Below are positions 63,920 through 64,000 of a stretch of 64,000 bases of DNA, one piece after another. The DNA is from Octopus bimaculoides (taxonomy: Eukaryota): assembly GCF_001194135.2 (NCBI RefSeq), contig NC_068990.1, positions 48,322,400-48,386,399 of the forward strand. Direction: 5' to 3'. Made by a program: the position numbers and the translations under genes. The stretch's first letter is position 1. The number at the start of each line of letters is the position of its first letter. A model generated the notes under the pieces. That model was not told where the DNA came from, did no database searches, and saw nothing but the letters and a program-made list of their open reading frames with translations.

Positions 63920-63923
63920 TCTC

Positions 63924-64000
<77 letters not shown>
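63920..64000. repeat. (TCTG)n/(TC)n microsatellite
   Basis: Direct inspection. Confidence 0.97.

Overview
AT-rich, repeat-dense animal genomic DNA with four N gaps. The SINE/LINE/microsatellite landscape looks like an octopod cephalopod intron-rich locus (inference only). The dominant feature is a minus-strand gene with one giant coding exon (acceptor at 16078, stop at 6980; about 7.9 kb and about 2,620 codons if the duplicated gap flank is collapsed). It encodes a disordered S/K/E/T-rich protein with about 33 copies of a 25-aa repeat, a 226-aa duplicated block and recurring short motifs. A strong internal donor 33 nt into this exon (TAG|GTAAGG) is phase-compatible with a downstream exon at 2091-1895, so the gene may switch between a 33-nt mini-exon and a giant terminal exon. 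I could not identify the gene because no conserved-domain exon is recognisable. The rest is intronic/intergenic: a near full-length RTE LINE with TSD nested in another RTE, a decayed CR1 LINE, R4/Dong-type fragments, Penelope-like GIY-YIG fragments, a mariner derivative, MITEs and many SINEs. At least three Penelope-type minimal hammerhead ribozyme motifs are readable by eye, two directly preceded by near-perfect fold-back palindromes. No rRNA, tRNA gene or CRISPR array is supported.
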